Under the pieces are notes generated by a model. The model saw only the letters and a list, made by a program, of their open reading frames with translations. It was not told the origin of the DNA and ran no database searches. From Candidatus Latescibacterota bacterium (GTDB lineage: Bacteria > Latescibacterota > UBA2968 > UBA8231), in the NCBI GenBank assembly GCA_965261395.1, contig OZ253462.1, positions 6,048,001 to 6,112,000 on the forward strand: DNA of 64,000 nucleotides, given 5' to 3'. The position numbers and the translations under genes were made by a program. The stretch's first letter is position 1. The number at the start of each line of letters is the position of its first letter. Positions 12,039 to 20,610 of this stretch are shown here, piece after piece.

Positions 12039-13008
12039 CGTGTTTTTGCTAGGAGCTGGGTTTTCAAAGGCCGTGTCAGATGATATGCCTCTGCTCCAAG
12101 AACTCAGTAGCCAGACCCGGGGGAGACTTTCCGATCTGCCAGAGTCTCTTTCGACTGTCGGCGATAATATAGAAATCTGGCTTTCCTACCTTAGCCAACC
12201 TCATCCGTGGCTCCGTGAATCAGAAAACTTGAGGAATCGAGCATTGGCACTGGAGATTACGGAAGAGATCGAGAAGGTTCTTGATGAGAAGGAGCAATTA
12301 GTAGTCCAAGATGAGTGCCCAAGCTGGTTACTTACACTGACGCAGCATTGGCACAAAAATCAGGCCGGGGTCATTAGCCTCAATTACGATACTCTGGTAG
12401 AACGAGCCGCAGTTAATAGTATTGGCAAGATCAAGGCTGAACATATCTACCCTGTGAGACTCGAACTCTCTACTAAAAGGGGCGGAGAGAACGCGGCTGT
12501 CTTAGGCTCGATGAGGCCTGTGGACTCTTTTACACTGTTCAAGCTACACGGATCAACTAACTGGTACTATTCAGGTACTTCTGAATCCACCGGGGAGGTG
12601 ATTTACTACAGCACTATTGGAGGATGGGTTGCCAATTCTTCTAGGGAAAGCGGCTCAAAGCAGGCAGTAAGCGACAAGACACCTCTAATCGTTCCTCCCA
12701 CGACAGAAAAAGTTGGGTTTTTCCAGCACGAGTCATTGAAGCGTATTTGGACCCAAGCCTTGTCGTCCTTACGTGCGGCAACTAGGCTCTTCATTATTGG
12801 ATATTCACTCCCGATGACCGACTTGGCCGTTCGCCTGTTCCTCCATGACGGAGCACGCGGCTGTAGGAAGGAGCTATATACTGTCAATCTGGATTGCAGT
12901 ATTGTTGACCGTTATACCGAGTTGTTGGGTAATGCCTTTGATGTAAAGGAGGAGTTTGTCGGAGATAACGCGATCGAAAAATTCGTAAAAAAAGTCGAGG
13001 ATCTTTGA
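12031..13008 (+). CDS. SIR2-like (SIR2_2) NAD-binding domain protein
   Basis: VFLLGAGFSKA, SLNYDTLVE, FKLHGSTNW, IIGYSLP. Lower GC than flanks. Start taken at 12031. Confidence 0.85.
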   Translation: MGDVFLLGAGFSKAVSDDMPLLQELSSQTRGRLSDLPESLSTVGDNIEIWLSYLSQPHPWLRESENLRNRALALEITEEIEKVLDEKEQLVVQDECPSWLLTLTQHWHKNQAGVISLNYDTLVERAAVNSIGKIKAEHIYPVRLELSTKRGGENAAVLGSMRPVDSFTLFKLHGSTNWYYSGTSESTGEVIYYSTIGGWVANSSRESGSKQAVSDKTPLIVPPTTEKVGFFQHESLKRIWTQALSSLRAATRLFIIGYSLPMTDLAVRLFLHDGARGCRKELYTVNLDCSIVDRYTELLGNAFDVKEEFVGDNAIEKFVKKVEDL

Positions 13009-13031
13009 GGCCCTTGCAGTCAACATGGGAC

Positions 13032-13060
13032 TTGTGCGATTATGGTGAAACCACCATAAT
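13032..13060 (+). promoter_or_regulatory. Sigma70 promoter with overlapping operator palindrome for the TA operon
   Basis: TTGTGC-N17-CATAAT. A perfect 9-bp inverted repeat ATTATGGTG-aaac-CACCATAAT (13039-13060) overlaps the -10 box. The ATG follows 5 nt later, so the mRNA is probably leaderless. Confidence 0.7.
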
Positions 13061-13065
13061 TAGAT

Positions 13066-13434
13066 ATGGCCCCAGAGATGCTGAAGCCTGTTGAATGGGT
13101 TGGCTCAAGCAGAGAAGACCTAAAGAAGTTTCCAGCCGCCGTACAGGACCAAGTCGGCTTTGCTTTGTATCAGGCCCAAGTTGGACTCAAACATCGCACT
13201 GCCAAACCGCTTAAAGAGTTGGGTGCCAATGTGTTGGAGGTAATCTCACGCCAAGACGGTGGCACCTATCGGACGGTGTACACAGTCCGTTTTAAGGCAG
13301 CCATCTATGTCCTACATGCCTTCCAGAAGAAGGCCAAGCGGGGTATTGCGACACCGAATCAGGAGATTGATCTGGTCAAGCACAGGCTGAAGGCAGCAGA
13401 GCAGCACTATACGGACACCTATGGCGAAGGGTAG
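13066..13434 (+). CDS. Type II TA toxin, RelE/ParE superfamily (phage Gp49-like/HigB)
   Basis: KPVEWVGSSREDL, YRTVYTVRF, YVLHAFQKK. Confidence 0.88.
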   Translation: MAPEMLKPVEWVGSSREDLKKFPAAVQDQVGFALYQAQVGLKHRTAKPLKELGANVLEVISRQDGGTYRTVYTVRFKAAIYVLHAFQKKAKRGIATPNQEIDLVKHRLKAAEQHYTDTYGEG

Positions 13435-13438
13435 CTCA

Positions 13439-13765
13439 ATGAAGACGAAAAAAATGAAAATCGAACGCGGCAGCGGAAACGTGTTCGCGGACTTGGGACG
13501 CCCTGACGCCGAGACTCATCTGTTAAAAGCAGAGCTTGTCACCCGCATTGACCAGATTATTCGCCAGCGCGGACTCAAGCAGGTCGAGGCGGCGAAGTTA
13601 CTCGGACTGTCCCAGCCTGATGTTTCGCGTCTCCTGCGGGGAAGTTTTCGGGAGTACTCCGTGGAGCGCCTCCTCCGCCTGTTGACGACACTTGGGCGCA
13701 ATGTGGAAATCGTCATCCGCAAGCCCCGTTCGCAGCGACAGGGCCGACTCAGTATCAGAGCGTAA
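13439..13765 (+). CDS. XRE-family HTH antitoxin (HigA-like)
   Basis: GSGNVFADLG and LKQVEAAKLLGLSQPDVSRLLRG helix-turn-helix; lies directly after the toxin. Confidence 0.88.
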   Translation: MKTKKMKIERGSGNVFADLGRPDAETHLLKAELVTRIDQIIRQRGLKQVEAAKLLGLSQPDVSRLLRGSFREYSVERLLRLLTTLGRNVEIVIRKPRSQRQGRLSIRA

Positions 13766-13953
13766 GCGATCCGAATGCCCTTTGGGAACCAAGCTCACAC
13801 CAGCCGTACGACCGAGCCGGTCAGCGGGAAAGCGATCGCCTCATTCAATCTAGCTGCTGCTTTCGATTGGCTTATGGGCTGAGGCGGGCGCGACCGCGGA
13901 GACATGCCGGACGCGCGGTTTGGAACGGATACGTAACCGAGTGGAAGGTCACC

Positions 13954-14388
13954 GTGCAGCTAACTGCTTACACTGATTATTCGCTTCGTGTGTTGATGTA
14001 TTTGGCCGTTCGCGAAAATAGTATTTCAACCATTGCCGAAATGGCCTCAGCTTACAACATCTCTAAGAATCATCTGGTGAAAATTGTGCATAAACTCGGT
14101 CAGAAAGGCTTCGTCGAAACGGTCCGCAGACGAGGAGGTGGACTCCGATTAGGCCGCCACCCCGAGCAGGTGAAGCTTGGAGAAGTCGTGCGGCAAATGG
14201 AGCCTCACTTCAACGTCGTCGAATGCCTTGAACCCTCTACGAATCACTGTCCCATCACGCCAGCGTGTGGACTCTCTCGCGTATTAGTTGAGGCGCGTGA
14301 CGCCTTTCTTGCCGTATTAGACCGCTATACACTTGCTGATCTTATCGAGGAAAGAGACGCCTTAACCCGCCTTCTCCAGTTCCGATAA
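13954..14388 (+). CDS. nsrR: Rrf2-family regulator, NsrR-like
   Basis: GTG start, then QLTAYTDYSLRVLMYL, ISKNHLVKIV and three Fe-S cysteines in ECL..HCPITPAC. Confidence 0.8.
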   Translation: MQLTAYTDYSLRVLMYLAVRENSISTIAEMASAYNISKNHLVKIVHKLGQKGFVETVRRRGGGLRLGRHPEQVKLGEVVRQMEPHFNVVECLEPSTNHCPITPACGLSRVLVEARDAFLAVLDRYTLADLIEERDALTRLLQFR

Positions 14389-14444
14389 TCTCTTCTGATC
14401 GGCTCCATCAGAGTTGACATTACGGCGTATAAGGAGACGAGAGC

Positions 14445-14837
14445 ATGAAACAAGCCTATGAACGCCCGTTTCGGCCCACTGAAATAACCGATTCCACCGT
14501 GGCATTCTTTCCCTTGTTGAGTATGGCCAATCAGCTTATGACGGAGGATGTGCTTGAAAATACGGGACGAAATTCTCTGTCCTTAGCACGTGGGAACGAT
14601 TTAACCGTCGTCTTGATCGTATTAAAGGACCAAGCCGTGCTTCACGAACATATCGCTCCAGGTCCGATCACTGTCACAGCTTTGTCTGGACATCTTGAGT
14701 TCTCGACGGCCACTGAATCTAAGCCGTTGAGGCTGCGGACAGGTGAGGCTGCTGTCTGTGCAGCCCATTTACCTCATAGTGTCAAAGCCCTAGAGGACAG
14801 TGCCTTCTTGCTCGTCATTGGCGGCCGGGCCGAATAA
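14445..14837 (+). CDS. Cupin domain protein
   Basis: LHEHIAPGPITV and PHSVKALEDSAFLL; RBS AAGGAG. Confidence 0.8.
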   Translation: MKQAYERPFRPTEITDSTVAFFPLLSMANQLMTEDVLENTGRNSLSLARGNDLTVVLIVLKDQAVLHEHIAPGPITVTALSGHLEFSTATESKPLRLRTGEAAVCAAHLPHSVKALEDSAFLLVIGGRAE

Positions 14838-14920
14838 GGAACTCCAAAGGCAGCAGTACGAAGTCGAGGCTGTCGTTTCCACCTCCTGTTACCAGACGCT
14901 TCTAAATCTGCCGCCCTGCC

Positions 14921-16861
14921 TCACTCCGGCAACGCCAGCGCCACAAGCTGCGGCACCCAGTCGTCGTTATTAATTGGAAAGACGATATACTGACGCCCGT
15001 CGGCCATATAGCTGATGGGGCTGCCGTTGGGGTTGCCGGGGAATTCCATCTCGGCCAGCACTGCGCCCGTATCTAGGTCGAAAGCGCGCAGATAAGGCCC
15101 TTGTTCGACAAAAGCATTGTCGCTGAGATCTCCCCACCAATCGGGCGATTGCGAGACCACTACCAGCACGGTCTCGGTGGCGAGTATGTAGTTGTAGTGG
15201 AACCAGCCCATAGCGGGCAGGTCGAGGTCGCGCAGGGCCTTGTGGTTGACCGGGCCTTTGCCCACCGGACTCATCCAGATGTGCTCGCCGGTGTCCAAGT
15301 CGATGGCGGTGATCCGGCCGTAGGGGGGCTTGGTCAGTGGTAGGCCATCGACGTATTCGGTGTCGTCCTTAAAGAAGGCGTAATCCGAAAAGGAGCGCAG
15401 GCCTTCCACCTTTTCCAGCCGCACAATATCGGCGTCAGTGCGCGAAGGCACGTAGAGCACGTTCTCTTTTGGCACTAGGGCCGCGCCGCTCCAATCCGAA
15501 CCGCCCAAGCCCCCGGGTAATACCAGCGTGCCCTTTTCGCTGGGTGGGGTAAAAAGCGGGCCGTGCTCGTATTTTTGCAGGATCGCCAGCGCCTTTTCCC
15601 GCAACTCGGGCGTAAAGTCGATCAGGTCGTCTTCCTGCAGCCCCTGACGGTCGTAGGACGCGGGCTTGCTGGGAAAGGGCTGGGTCGGCCAGCTTTGCTC
15701 GCCCGGGGTTTTCGACTTGGGCACCTCGCGCTCTTTGATGGGCCAGACTGGTTCGCCCGTCGTGCGGTCTAATACATAGCAGAAGGCCTGTTTGCTCACT
15801 AGGGCTAGAGCTTTGATCGCTTTGCCTTGTACTTCTATATCGGCTAGGACCGGCGGTGCCGGCGGGTCGTAGTTCCACAGGCCGTGGTGGATGAGCTGAT
15901 AGTGCCAGACGCGCTCGCCGGTTGCCGCCTTGAGGCAGACCAGCGTTTGGCTGAAGAGATTGGCACCGGGCCGCTCGCCGCCGTAGTGATTGTGGGTGGT
16001 GCTGCTGACGGGTAGGTACACGTAGCCTAACTCGTCGTCGGCGCTCATTGCAGCCCAGACATTGGCTTGGCCATAGGTCTGCCACGCGTCGTTTTCCCAG
16101 GTGTCGTTGCCGTACTCGTCCTCCTGCGGTACCGTCTGGAAGACCCAGACCTGTTCGCCGGTGTGGGCGTCAAAGCCGCGCACGTCGCCGGGGGTGGAGT
16201 ATTTGGCGGGAGGCCGGTCGTGCCAATCGAGGATGGCGGAACCTACCACCACCACGTCGCGGCAGACGATCGGTGCCGAGGTGACGGCGTAACGGCTGCG
16301 GTTGATGCGGCGGCGCAACCCCTTGCTTAGATCGACGAAGCCGCCCGCGCCGAACTCCGGGTCGGGCTGGCCGGTCTCGATGTCGATTGAGTAGAGGCGG
16401 TCGGAGGAGGTGCCGTAGAAGATGCGCTTCTTGTCGCCGCTTTGCCAGTAGGCGATGCCCCGCAAAATGCCCGTGAAACCCTCGTAGTTCTCCCATACCT
16501 GCGGATCAAAGGTCCACAGCTCTTGGCCGTTGGTGGGATCGACCGCGCAGAGGATGTTGAAAGGCGACCCGTAGTAGAGCACGCCATCGACCATTAGGGG
16601 GGTGCCCTTATTCGTGTCGGTCCACATGTACTCGCGCTCGGCGATCTCCTTGTCGGGGGCCGTGTAGCGCCAAACTTCCTGTAGCCGGGCGAAGTTGGTG
16701 CCGTCAATCTGCGACAGAGGCGCGTATTTGTTGCTCTTGGCGTCGGCGGCGTAATAGGGCCATTCCTCGCTCTGGGCCGCAACGGCGGCAAGGAGGAGGA
16801 ACACGCCGGCGAACAAGCGGATCGTGGGCATGGGTCGGGTCTTTCTCGGTGTAATGGTCAT
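14921..16861 (-). CDS. PQQ-binding quinoprotein dehydrogenase (glucose DH-like, soluble periplasmic type)
   Basis: YAPLSQID, TPLMVDGVLY, TSAPIV, HHGLWNYD, SPISYMADGRQY. ATG at 16861 is coupled to the upstream TGA (alternative start 16831). Confidence 0.88.
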   Translation of the reverse strand: MTITPRKTRPMPTIRLFAGVFLLLAAVAAQSEEWPYYAADAKSNKYAPLSQIDGTNFARLQEVWRYTAPDKEIAEREYMWTDTNKGTPLMVDGVLYYGSPFNILCAVDPTNGQELWTFDPQVWENYEGFTGILRGIAYWQSGDKKRIFYGTSSDRLYSIDIETGQPDPEFGAGGFVDLSKGLRRRINRSRYAVTSAPIVCRDVVVVGSAILDWHDRPPAKYSTPGDVRGFDAHTGEQVWVFQTVPQEDEYGNDTWENDAWQTYGQANVWAAMSADDELGYVYLPVSSTTHNHYGGERPGANLFSQTLVCLKAATGERVWHYQLIHHGLWNYDPPAPPVLADIEVQGKAIKALALVSKQAFCYVLDRTTGEPVWPIKEREVPKSKTPGEQSWPTQPFPSKPASYDRQGLQEDDLIDFTPELREKALAILQKYEHGPLFTPPSEKGTLVLPGGLGGSDWSGAALVPKENVLYVPSRTDADIVRLEKVEGLRSFSDYAFFKDDTEYVDGLPLTKPPYGRITAIDLDTGEHIWMSPVGKGPVNHKALRDLDLPAMGWFHYNYILATETVLVVVSQSPDWWGDLSDNAFVEQGPYLRAFDLDTGAVLAEMEFPGNPNGSPISYMADGRQYIVFPINNDDWVPQLVALALPE

Positions 16862-18423
16862 TCGGCCAAGCCCTGATAGAGGGCGCTGATTTCCGCGGTT
16901 GTCAGCACGCGTCCGTAGAGCCGCGCGTCGTCTAAGGCCCCGGTGAAGAAGAAGCCCGTCTGGTCGAGATTTTTCGCACCGATGTAAATGGGCTGGTCGG
17001 GCGAGGTTTCGACCGCGCTTTGCTTCTGCTCCTGCAACGCGCCATTGACGAAGAGCCGGTGATAGTCGCCGTCGAAGACGGCCGCGAAATGGTACCAGCG
17101 CCCCTTGCGTAAAAGGAGCTTGGAGTGGAGGTCGTCTTCGTCGTCCTGCATCCGGTGCCAGGTGACGCGCCGTCCTAGGGTACTGAGCTGGAAGACGCGC
17201 ACGCCACCGCCGTTGTCCTGCGCCCAGATGCAATTGTTCCACCAGTAAGGGCGCGTTTCGATCTCGTCGTACTTGGCCCAGATTGAGACGCTGAAGGGGT
17301 CATCTAGCAAAAATCCTTCGATATCGACGACGGCCTCGCCATCGAAATAACCAGCGCCATCTTTGTCGCCGGTGCGGTCTTCGGTGAATGCTACTTTGAC
17401 GTTTTTGAGCGAGCGCTGATGTGGGCCGGTGTCGCGGATCTCGCCGTTGAAGAGGACTTCGATGAGCAGATCCTCGCGGCCGGGCGGGCTTGGCTCGGGC
17501 AGCCCGGCGCCGGGTTTGGCTACCTCGTCTCCCCAGCGCACCTCCACGTCGTACCAGTCGGCACCGCTATCTTGGTCGGCGAAGACGATGCTGAGGGTGT
17601 CGCCGGGTGCTTGGGGCTCCCTTTCCAACTGCGCGACGTCGCGCGCCTCGTGTTTGACTAGGCGGTACTGCGTGCCGGAAGGCCATGCAACCTTGTCGGC
17701 AAAATACACCTTGCGGGTCCGGTCGCCCTGCCAGACGGGTTGCCAGCGCACGCCATTGACCTCGACGGGCGAAAAGCCGTCGCCGTCCTCGTGCCGCCCG
17801 GGCAGGGCGCCGTAACGGTGCTCGACCCACAGGCCCTCGTCATCGGCGAATACTTCGTCGCCGCCATCGACGAAGATACGGACGCGCAGCCGCTCGCTGC
17901 GTGGCTCGACGGAGACCGTCTTGTATTCCTCGGCAGGTACTTGGTGGAGGACGCCAGCGATCGCCCAGCCGTCGTCCGCCCGGTCGAGCAACCAGGCGCT
18001 GTATTGCTCGTCGCCCACGGGGCCGGACACGCCTACCAAATGCTCCTGAGTGATGGCCATCGCCCGGTCGCCCCACAGGAAGACGTCGAAAAACTCGGCC
18101 TGTTTGATGTACTGGTGGATTTCTTGGTCGTAGTTCCAAGCGTCGCCGCCGGTCCACTCGCCGATGATCCCGTCGAGGAACTCCTCGCGGGACTGCACCT
18201 TGCGCAAAATCCAGGTCTGCGGCTCTTGGCGACTGCGCATGTCGAGCTCGACGACGCTCTCGCCGATCAGGTTTTCGACGGCGACGAAGTCCTGCTGGTT
18301 CCATGCCTCGTAGAAGCGCTGGACTACATCTTGTATCTGCTGCAGGTCAGGGCGTTCGTCGCCCAAGGTCAGGGTAGGGTACAACAGGCACAGAGCTAGT
18401 AAAACATTTGCTACAGAGTTCAT
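16858..18423 (-). CDS. Secreted protein with an N-terminal SnoaL/NTF2-like domain and a C-terminal LamG jellyroll
   Basis: Signal peptide; IQDVVQRFYEAWNQQD (NTF2-like); WYHFAAVFDG..LFVNG and FTGALDDARLYGRVL (LamG_3). Confidence 0.78.
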   Translation of the reverse strand: MNSVANVLLALCLLYPTLTLGDERPDLQQIQDVVQRFYEAWNQQDFVAVENLIGESVVELDMRSRQEPQTWILRKVQSREEFLDGIIGEWTGGDAWNYDQEIHQYIKQAEFFDVFLWGDRAMAITQEHLVGVSGPVGDEQYSAWLLDRADDGWAIAGVLHQVPAEEYKTVSVEPRSERLRVRIFVDGGDEVFADDEGLWVEHRYGALPGRHEDGDGFSPVEVNGVRWQPVWQGDRTRKVYFADKVAWPSGTQYRLVKHEARDVAQLEREPQAPGDTLSIVFADQDSGADWYDVEVRWGDEVAKPGAGLPEPSPPGREDLLIEVLFNGEIRDTGPHQRSLKNVKVAFTEDRTGDKDGAGYFDGEAVVDIEGFLLDDPFSVSIWAKYDEIETRPYWWNNCIWAQDNGGGVRVFQLSTLGRRVTWHRMQDDEDDLHSKLLLRKGRWYHFAAVFDGDYHRLFVNGALQEQKQSAVETSPDQPIYIGAKNLDQTGFFFTGALDDARLYGRVLTTAEISALYQGLAE

Positions 18424-18568
18424 ATTCCCCCTCGAAGGCTGCGCGGCTGCGCGCTACAGCATCAAAGCACGAGGGGCAATTGAACAGTGTCAATCGCTTA
18501 GCCGCTTGGGTGCGTGATCGTCGAGTTGGCGACTCTTTGGGGGTCGTTGCACGAGAGCTGCGGGCCTC

Positions 18569-19804
18569 TTACAGGAGAATCCCGGCCACGCAGGCCGTCA
18601 TAAAGCAGGCTAGGGAGCCGCCCAGCATGGCGCGAAAACCCAACCGCGCCAAATCGCGCCGCCGCTCTGGGGCAATGCCGCCGATGCCGCCGATCTGGAT
18701 GCCAATGCTGCTGAAGTTGGCAAAACCGCATAGGGCATAGGTCAAAATAACCACCGAGCGCTGGCTCAGCTCCACGCCCGAGTCGGGCTGAATCCACTGG
18801 CTCAGTTGGACGTACGAGACGAATTCGTTGGCTACCATTTTCTTGCCCAACAACTCGCCCGCCAGCAAACAATCCTTGGCCTCAATGCCCATCAACCAGG
18901 CAAAGGGCGCAAATAAATAACCCAGCGCCGCAGACAAAGACCACTCCATACCTTCCATACCTAGAATGTAGCCCACGACTTGGCCCAACAGCCCCAGCAC
19001 CCCGTCCACTAGGGCGATCAACCCCAGTGCTGCAATGAGCATGGCGGCCACGTTCAGGGCCAGCCGCAAGCCGTCCAAGGTGCTATTGGCCGCGGCTTCC
19101 ACCACATTGGTGGCTGTGCGTTCTACCTCAATCGATACCTTGCCCAAAGTCTTGGACGTTTCCACTTCTGGCTGCATGATCTTGGCCACCAACAGCGCCG
19201 CCGGGGCCGAAATCACCGAGGCGGCCACCAAGTGACCAGCGTCGATTCCCAGGCCCACGAAGGCGGCCAATACGCCTCCGGCAATGGTGGCAAAGCCGCC
19301 CACCATCAAGGCCATCAGCTCCGACCGGGTCATGCTGGCCACGTACGGGCGCACTACCAGCGGAGCCTCGGTCTGGCCGACGAATATATTGGCTGCCGCC
19401 GCTAGGCTTTCCGCGCCCGAGGTGCGCAAGGTGCGCTGCATGACCCAGGCGAAAGCCGCCACCGCGTACTGCACCAGCCCCAAGTGATAGAGTACGCCCA
19501 TTAGGGCGGAAAAGAAGATAATGGTCGGCAGGACCTTGAAGGCGAAGAAATGCTCGCCGAACGCCTCGCCAAAGACAAAGCTGGAGCCGGCATCGACATA
19601 GTTGAGCAAGGCGGTGAAAAAAGTGCCAATATAACCGAAGAGCACCTGCCCAGGTACGGTCTTGAGGACGAGCAGGGCGAGAAGAAATTGCAGTCCCACG
19701 CCGGCTGCTACCAAGCGGCGATCTACTTTGCGGCGGTCGGCGCTCATGGCGAAGGCTAGGGCGATCATCACCAAAAGTCCGAATAGGCTAATCAGCCGTT
19801 CCAT
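18569..19804 (-). CDS. CNT family Na+/H+:nucleoside symporter (NupC-like)
   Basis: FAFKVLPTIIFFS, NIFVGQTEAP, GFATIAG, NEFVSY, YALCGFANFSSIG. Confidence 0.95.
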   Translation of the reverse strand: MERLISLFGLLVMIALAFAMSADRRKVDRRLVAAGVGLQFLLALLVLKTVPGQVLFGYIGTFFTALLNYVDAGSSFVFGEAFGEHFFAFKVLPTIIFFSALMGVLYHLGLVQYAVAAFAWVMQRTLRTSGAESLAAAANIFVGQTEAPLVVRPYVASMTRSELMALMVGGFATIAGGVLAAFVGLGIDAGHLVAASVISAPAALLVAKIMQPEVETSKTLGKVSIEVERTATNVVEAAANSTLDGLRLALNVAAMLIAALGLIALVDGVLGLLGQVVGYILGMEGMEWSLSAALGYLFAPFAWLMGIEAKDCLLAGELLGKKMVANEFVSYVQLSQWIQPDSGVELSQRSVVILTYALCGFANFSSIGIQIGGIGGIAPERRRDLARLGFRAMLGGSLACFMTACVAGILL

Positions 19805-19873
19805 CGATACCTACTTCTTCTGCGAGGGTTGGTGTCTTCCAGCGATAGTTGGAGAATACCGGGGAAAGTATAT

Positions 19874-19900
19874 AAAAAAACGGCGGGGGAAGCCCCGCCG
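19874..19900 (-). terminator. Rho-independent terminator downstream of dinJ-yafQ
   Basis: 8-bp GC stem CGGCGGGG/CCCCGCCG (19881-19900) with a 4-nt loop, followed on the minus strand by T7. Confidence 0.85.
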
Positions 19901-19905
19901 AGAGG

Positions 19906-20187
19906 TCAAAGCCCGAGTTCCGAATGCGATCCCAAGCGAACGAGCCGTAGGGTGTCGGGGTCGGGCTTCTGCTAGATTAGGACAAGGTCGGGCTTCACGT
20001 GGCAATCTCGATAATCTTTCCAGTTGCCGGTTAGCCCATGATCGCGGTGCCGAGGCTCCAGTAGCTGGTCATTGGCTAAGGCGACCAAGACAGGCACCAA
20101 ATCGGCGTCGAGTGTCGTTCGGTGCCGGCCCTTGGCCTCGCGCTTGTAGTCGCGTTTGAATTGGCCGGTGCGCTCAATCTTCCTCAT
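19906..20187 (-). pseudogene. yafQ: YafQ-family mRNA interferase toxin with an internal amber stop
   Basis: MRKIERTGQFKRDYK...RDHGLTGNWKDYRDCHVKPDLVLI*QKPDPDTLRLVRLGSHSELGL*. The TAG at 19972-19974 sits where YafQ has Tyr, and the conserved GSHSEL tail follows in frame. Confidence 0.88.
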
Positions 20188-20437
20188 GCAGGTCATCCAT
20201 GAGGGCCTGCACGCTGTCGAACCGGGGTAGGCCCCCTTTGCGGGCCTCTTTCATCGCCTCGATAGTGACGGCATTTGGAATTAGCGGCTCAAACGGCAGC
20301 GCCTTTTCCTGCGCAATCTTAGTCAGCAGCAGACGCACTGCATCGGACACGGTAAGTCCCATTGCAGCCAATACGGCGGCCGCCTCTTCCTTCACGGCTC
20401 CGTCAATGCGGGCTTGTACAAGCTGATTGGCAGCCAT
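20174..20437 (-). CDS. dinJ: DinJ/RelB antitoxin
   Basis: VQARIDGAVKEEAAAVLAAMGLTVSDAVRLLL, PFEPLIPN; overlaps the yafQ start. Confidence 0.92.
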   Translation of the reverse strand: MAANQLVQARIDGAVKEEAAAVLAAMGLTVSDAVRLLLTKIAQEKALPFEPLIPNAVTIEAMKEARKGGLPRFDSVQALMDDLHEED

Positions 20438-20459
20438 GGTCAGTTTCCTTTATTAGTGT

Positions 20460-20495
20460 GCATTACATTGTAATGCGCGCCAGAGAGAAAGACAA
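20460..20495 (-). promoter_or_regulatory. dinJ promoter and operator
   Basis: Minus-strand TTGTCT-N17-TACAAT. A perfect inverted repeat GCATTACA-t-TGTAATGC (20460-20476) overlaps the -10 box. Confidence 0.75.
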
Positions 20496-20610
20496 GGCTT
20501 GGCCAGCACCGGCGCGGGCGGCTATTCGGTAGTCAGATCGCCGCGCCGCAGCGTTCAAGCCCTACTCAATAGGCGCAGCGCGGTGCTGTTGAAATTGAAT
20601 ATCTAAAAAT

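Noticed and set aside
13837-13920. Possible stem-loops upstream of nsrR (CGCCTCA/TGAGGCG)
   Set aside because: Short imperfect stems in GC-rich DNA that match no riboswitch or ncRNA I recognise.
16862-17242. Long N-terminal extension of the PQQ ORF in the track, and similar extensions at 27164, 11947, 50309 and 51153
   Set aside because: They overlap upstream genes in another frame; downstream starts with an RBS, coupling or signal peptide fit better.
19972-19974. Genome-wide TAG recoding as the explanation for the yafQ amber codon
   Set aside because: Many conserved genes here (glgB, DegT, the VAVAY protein at 58855) end at TAG at the expected C-terminus, so TAG functions as stop.
12031-20495. 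Prophage or integrative element around the two TA modules
   Set aside because: No integrase, transposase, phage structural gene, tRNA target or flanking direct repeats were seen.
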